The translations under genes and the position numbers were made by a program. The notes beneath the pieces were generated by a model, which did no database searches, was not told the DNA's origin, and saw only the letters and a list, made by a program, of their open reading frames with translations. DNA of 64,000 bases from an uncultured bacterium (GTDB taxonomy: Bacteria > Acidobacteriota > Aminicenantia > UBA2199). Shown here piece after piece: positions 60,020-64,000 of this stretch (position 1 is the stretch's first letter; each line of letters starts with the position of its first letter). Location: contig CBFDCR010000004.1 of assembly GCA_965603365.1 (NCBI GenBank), positions 21,260 to 85,259 of the forward strand, read 5' to 3'.

Positions 60020-60380
60020 GAAATTTTAAATAGGATTAAAAATCTTTGCCTGGCCTCAATCGCCAGGCTGTCTCATTAATTTTCCGGGCTGCCGTCTCCG
60101 TCCCCGGTTCTCCTCCCTTTTAACCCCAATGACGACTTGAGGGTGATGGAGGCCTCCTTAACGATGTTAATGATAACCCGAATGAAACGGCTGATTACTC
60201 CCACTTCCTCTGTCCTGCTTCCCGCTATTTCTCTTAATTCTTTGGGCTTAACACTATCTTTTTTCTCTCTCTCTTTAAAAGTAGACATTGTATATCCTCC
60301 ATTTTATCACTTTATCTTATAAGTTAAAGTGAAACGGATTAGGGCCAGGCAAAAATCTTTAATCCTATTTAAAATTTCGG
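60020..60380. repeat. ~285-bp element bracketed by 38-bp near-perfect inverted repeats (MITE- or inverton-like)
   Basis: CCGAAATTTTAAATAGGATTAAAAATCTTTGCCTGGCC (60020-60057) versus GGCCAGGCAAAAATCTTTAATCCTATTTAAAATTTCGG (60343-60380) match as a reverse complement at 36/38 positions. Confidence 0.8.
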
Positions 60381-60468
60381 GGTAACTCCTGGGAAGGAAA
60401 TTTCTTCTTGACTTTTGAACCTAAAACTCTTAATATGAAAACAGATTTCCAGATAAGGAGAAAAAAGG

Positions 60469-61131
60469 ATGAAGCGAGTCTTAATCTTTACAACGATATT
60501 GATACTGTTTTTTTCTTTCTCCACTTTATTGGCGGCAAAGAAGAAGACCTATTATGTAAATATTTTACTGGATAAGGTGACCCGGGAATCGCTGTTGACA
60601 GAAGAGTCCCAGGTGCCAACCGGGCAATCGTACCGCGATGATTTGATTCAGATCACCTGGAAGCCGGAACCCAAAAAAATCGAATTCGAACTCAAGAATC
60701 ATTCGGATAAGCCCATTTCTATTATCTGGCAGGATAGTTATTTCATCGGCCGGGACAACGTTCAGCAGAAGATTGTTCCTGCCAACGTTAAACCGGACGA
60801 TATGCAAAAGCTGCTCCCGCCCCTGGAGATTCCCGCCGGGGGAGAGATCGCCGACTGGTTTTTCCCCGAGCGATATTACTCAAAGGAAAGCAAGCTGGAG
60901 GCCCGGCGGGATCTATCCGGTCGGATGACCCACTCGTTTACCGTCAGCGAATGGGTCAAAAAGCCCCTCTACACGAAAAAAGAGAAATTAAAAAAACCGG
61001 CTGACTTTGATTTTGCCGTTTATAAGACCGACCTGGAAAAGAATACTTTCGAGGTCTTTTTATTGATAAGGTCGGGCTTAGATAATTATGAATATCATTT
61101 CTTTTTCAAGCCCGACGTAAAAGAAAAATAG
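60469..61131 (+). CDS. secreted/lipo- hypothetical protein
   Basis: Signal peptide MKRVLIFTTILILFFSFSTLLAA; AGGAG RBS; no recognisable domain. Confidence 0.55.
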   Translation: MKRVLIFTTILILFFSFSTLLAAKKKTYYVNILLDKVTRESLLTEESQVPTGQSYRDDLIQITWKPEPKKIEFELKNHSDKPISIIWQDSYFIGRDNVQQKIVPANVKPDDMQKLLPPLEIPAGGEIADWFFPERYYSKESKLEARRDLSGRMTHSFTVSEWVKKPLYTKKEKLKKPADFDFAVYKTDLEKNTFEVFLLIRSGLDNYEYHFFFKPDVKEK

Positions 61132-61227
61132 AGACAATTTAGAGTACTCCTGATATCTTCCATTCTGACCTCATCATTCCGTATATATCATATTTAGCTT
61201 AAAAATTTAACAAAAAAAGGAGTACCT

Positions 61228-64000
61228 ATGTCACTAAGGAGATCTGTCTTTACAAGTCTTTTGATTTTAGTATTGGCCCTTGCCCTGATGGCCCAGGAAC
61301 AGACGGGTAATGTAATGGGTAAGGTGGTACTGGGAGACGGCACCGGTATCCCGGGAGTAAAAATCGCGGCGAAAGGCTCCGCTCTGGTGGGCAAACTGGA
61401 GACGGTCTCCCGAAAAAACGGCGATTTTAAGCTGTTTAATCTGCCCTCGGGAATCTACGACATTACGTTTAGCTGCGAGGGCTTTAAGACCGTTAAGAGA
61501 GAAAAAATCAATGTGGAATTGGGCAGGATGTACAGGCTTCGGGTCGCCATGGAGCCCGGTCTCATCCGGGAAGAAATTGTCATTTCAGGGGATTCCCCGG
61601 CCCTCGATGTTCGCAGTACTGCCACAAGCGTCGTTATCCCCAAAAAAAACTTTGAAAAATTACCCAGGGACCGTGATTTTACCTCCATCGTGGGCCTGGC
61701 ACCGGGGGTGAACCAGGAGCACGCCTTTGACGGCGGCCTTTCGATCGACGGTGCCAGCAGCGCAGAAAATGTATTTTACATAGACGGGGTCGATACCACC
61801 ACCCTGTTTGAGGGTATCTCCGGCCAGAATGTGAACTTTGATTTTATCGAGGAGATCCAGGTGAAGACAACCGGCATTTCGGCAGAATACAGCGGCTCGA
61901 TGGGAGGGGTAATCAATGTCATTACCCGCAGCGGCGGCAACGAATTTCACGGTTCGGCCTCCCTCTATTTCGACGGCAGCAGCCTGGGCGCCGATCCGAT
62001 ACCCACGCTGCGGATCGACCCCTATGACGACAGCAAGGCCGAATATGTAACGTTCCCCGAAGACAACTGGAACCGATTCGAGGTGGGGCTCGGTGTGGGG
62101 GGCTATATTATTAAAGATAAATTATGGTTTTTTGCCAGCCTGATGCCAAAGTTTACCACCAGTAAAAGGGATGCACTTTTTTTACTGGATGAAACGTACA
62201 ATGCCCGGTTCAGTCGCAGCGACAGCGATGTGGCCGGTTCTCTAAAGTTAACCGGCAGGCTGGCCAATCGTCTCACCATCTCCTTGAGCGGCACCCTGGA
62301 CAATCAAAAGTGGGAAGGTGAATTGCCCCCCTTAGATGGTTCCGGTGATCCCACCGTAAAATGGGCCCGGAATGGTTTTGAGTATCCCGGTCTCACCTTG
62401 AGCGGCAGCCTGTACTATACCCTGGGCAACAACCTGAGGCTGAACGTGACCGGCGGGTACTGGAAGGTGAATACCCACCAACTAATGGGGCCCAAAGGTC
62501 CCCGTTACGTTCACATCCGCTCCAACATCGATGTGCCGGGGGCCACCACCATCGTGCCCAGGTACTTTTCCAATTACAGCGCCAACGACGGTTACCAGGT
62601 CAGCCAGAACTTCAATTACCGCCTCACCGGCAGCGCAGATTTAACGTACTATTTCAATCTCGGCGGCGAGCACGAATTGAAACTGGGCTTCCAGTACGTC
62701 AAAATCGGCGTAGATATTGACGAGGGCTATCCGTTCAATTACAACCGCTTCTACTGGGGCGATGATTTCTTCCATTTCCAGGGGTATCTTGTGGACACCA
62801 CCCTGGGTTATGTGGAGGTCAGGTGGCCGTATGGAACCGTGGCCGATGTGGGTAGTACCCGTAACGCCTTCTATATCCAGGATAACTGGGCCATTGGCAA
62901 ACGATTGACCCTGAATGCCGGTGTCCGTTTTGAGACCGAGGATATCCCCTCTTTTTCTGACCTGCCGGAATACAGCGATTCGCCGGTTCACTTTGAACTC
63001 GGGGATAAAATTGCCCCTCGATTGGGTTTTGTCTACGATGTGTTCGGCAATTCCGATCTGAAGATTTTCGGCAGCTACGGCATCTATTATGATGCCATGA
63101 AATTGCAGATGGCCATTGTCAACTACGGCGGGTTCAAGTGGGTCTCCACCTTTTACGATCTAACCAATCCCGACTGGGAAAATTTTTTCCACCTCGACTC
63201 CCATCCAATGGATTATTACCACGGCGGTGAATATCTTTACCATTGGAATTGGCGCATCCCCAATTTTGAAACCACCCAACCGGACCTAAAGCCCTTCAGC
63301 AAATATGAATACACCTTTGGCATTCAGAAACGACTGTCGGCAGACATTGTGCTGGGCGCCAGATTCCTGCACAGTGCCCTGCTCAACGCCATCGATGACG
63401 TCGGTATTCGCGGCCTGTACGGCACGATGTATTACAACGGCAATCCCGGTTCCGAATGGATACAGCAAAAGTTTGCCGAGGCAAAGGCAGCCGGGTTACT
63501 CCCCCCGGATGCCCAATCCACTAAGGCGGAACGCAATTATACGTCGGTTCAGGTGTATCTTGATAAAAAATTCAACCACAACTGGTTGGCCGGCATCTCC
63601 CTGACCTGGAGCCGTCTTAAAGGGAATTATGCGGGACTGGCCAGTTCCGACGATCCCGGCCTTATCACGCCCAATATGGGCGGCTATTTTGACGCCTGGT
63701 TCCTGAACTATGACCAGTATGGTCAGGTCTCTTCGGGTCTGCTGCCTACCGACCGCCCCCTCCAGTTTAAGCTCTACGGTGCCTATTCGTTTGACTGGGG
63801 ACTCACCGTTGGTGTGAGTGGTTACGGCATGAGCGGAACGCCGGTCTCCACCACGGTGAATGTGAATTACAGCGACTGGTATCCGCGGGGCAGGGGTGAC
63901 CTGGGCCGGACACCCTTCCTGTGGGGAGCCGACCTCTATGCCGAATACAACCTGAAATTGAGCGATAAATATACACTGCAGTTCAATATCAATGTCTCCA
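61228..64000 (+). CDS. TonB-dependent outer-membrane receptor with N-terminal carboxypeptidase-regulatory-like domain (partial, 3' end beyond window)
   Basis: AGGAG RBS and ATG 61228; signal peptide; CarbopepD_reg-like N-terminus (GKVVLGDGTGIPGVKIA...SGIYDITFSCEGFK); TonB plug-like blocks; open through the window end (>920 codons). Confidence 0.8.
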   Translation, partial: MSLRRSVFTSLLILVLALALMAQEQTGNVMGKVVLGDGTGIPGVKIAAKGSALVGKLETVSRKNGDFKLFNLPSGIYDITFSCEGFKTVKREKINVELGRMYRLRVAMEPGLIREEIVISGDSPALDVRSTATSVVIPKKNFEKLPRDRDFTSIVGLAPGVNQEHAFDGGLSIDGASSAENVFYIDGVDTTTLFEGISGQNVNFDFIEEIQVKTTGISAEYSGSMGGVINVITRSGGNEFHGSASLYFDGSSLGADPIPTLRIDPYDDSKAEYVTFPEDNWNRFEVGLGVGGYIIKDKLWFFASLMPKFTTSKRDALFLLDETYNARFSRSDSDVAGSLKLTGRLANRLTISLSGTLDNQKWEGELPPLDGSGDPTVKWARNGFEYPGLTLSGSLYYTLGNNLRLNVTGGYWKVNTHQLMGPKGPRYVHIRSNIDVPGATTIVPRYFSNYSANDGYQVSQNFNYRLTGSADLTYYFNLGGEHELKLGFQYVKIGVDIDEGYPFNYNRFYWGDDFFHFQGYLVDTTLGYVEVRWPYGTVADVGSTRNAFYIQDNWAIGKRLTLNAGVRFETEDIPSFSDLPEYSDSPVHFELGDKIAPRLGFVYDVFGNSDLKIFGSYGIYYDAMKLQMAIVNYGGFKWVSTFYDLTNPDWENFFHLDSHPMDYYHGGEYLYHWNWRIPNFETTQPDLKPFSKYEYTFGIQKRLSADIVLGARFLHSALLNAIDDVGIRGLYGTMYYNGNPGSEWIQQKFAEAKAAGLLPPDAQSTKAERNYTSVQVYLDKKFNHNWLAGISLTWSRLKGNYAGLASSDDPGLITPNMGGYFDAWFLNYDQYGQVSSGLLPTDRPLQFKLYGAYSFDWGLTVGVSGYGMSGTPVSTTVNVNYSDWYPRGRGDLGRTPFLWGADLYAEYNLKLSDKYTLQFNINVS

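Overview
This 64-kb window reads as a bacterial chromosome with about 55-58% GC background. It probably comes from an uncultivated anaerobe. The clues are a TonB-dependent receptor with a CarbopepD-type N-terminus, a four-helix-bundle 'IVS' protein, a B12-dependent RNR and a 4-hydroxybutyrate-type CoA-transferase, but I cannot assign a taxon from sequence alone. Most of the window is core housekeeping. On the left: tonB-like gene, a nucleotide-sugar block (epimerase, ugd, glmS), tatA, lepA, hutI and a compact division/cell-wall cluster (ftsZ-ftsA-ftsQ-murC-ftsW-murD-murF-murE-ftsI-ftsL-mraZ, all minus strand). After a divergent nrdJ gene comes a plus-strand central-carbon block (ald, CoA-transferase, aspC, pckA, icd-like, maeB, aconitase, glyA-like). 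The most interesting part is an ~8.3-kb low-GC island (about 7.4-15.7 kb) encoded entirely on the minus strand. It holds a membrane protein plus SIR2-like (SIR2_2 type) pair that matches none of the described SIR2 defence architectures I know. Next to it is a radical-SAM/SPASM maturase carrying an N-terminal RRE-like segment, a fused ABC-2 permease with a degenerate ATPase, two tandem secreted paralogs and a four-helix-bundle protein. Other notable signals follow. There are three intergenic tandem arrays with an exact 21-bp period, two of them encoding related GN.F heptads. Three GTGGGAC operator repeats sit on the mraZ start. A dyad-repeat pair lies upstream of a consensus tatA promoter. A small accessory islet holds a VapBC module flanked by duplicated 3' fragments of FGE-domain genes, plus a second TA-like pair. 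A 38-bp inverted-repeat pair brackets a ~285-bp element upstream of a TonB-dependent receptor locus. All calls rest on reading motifs by eye, with no database searches run.
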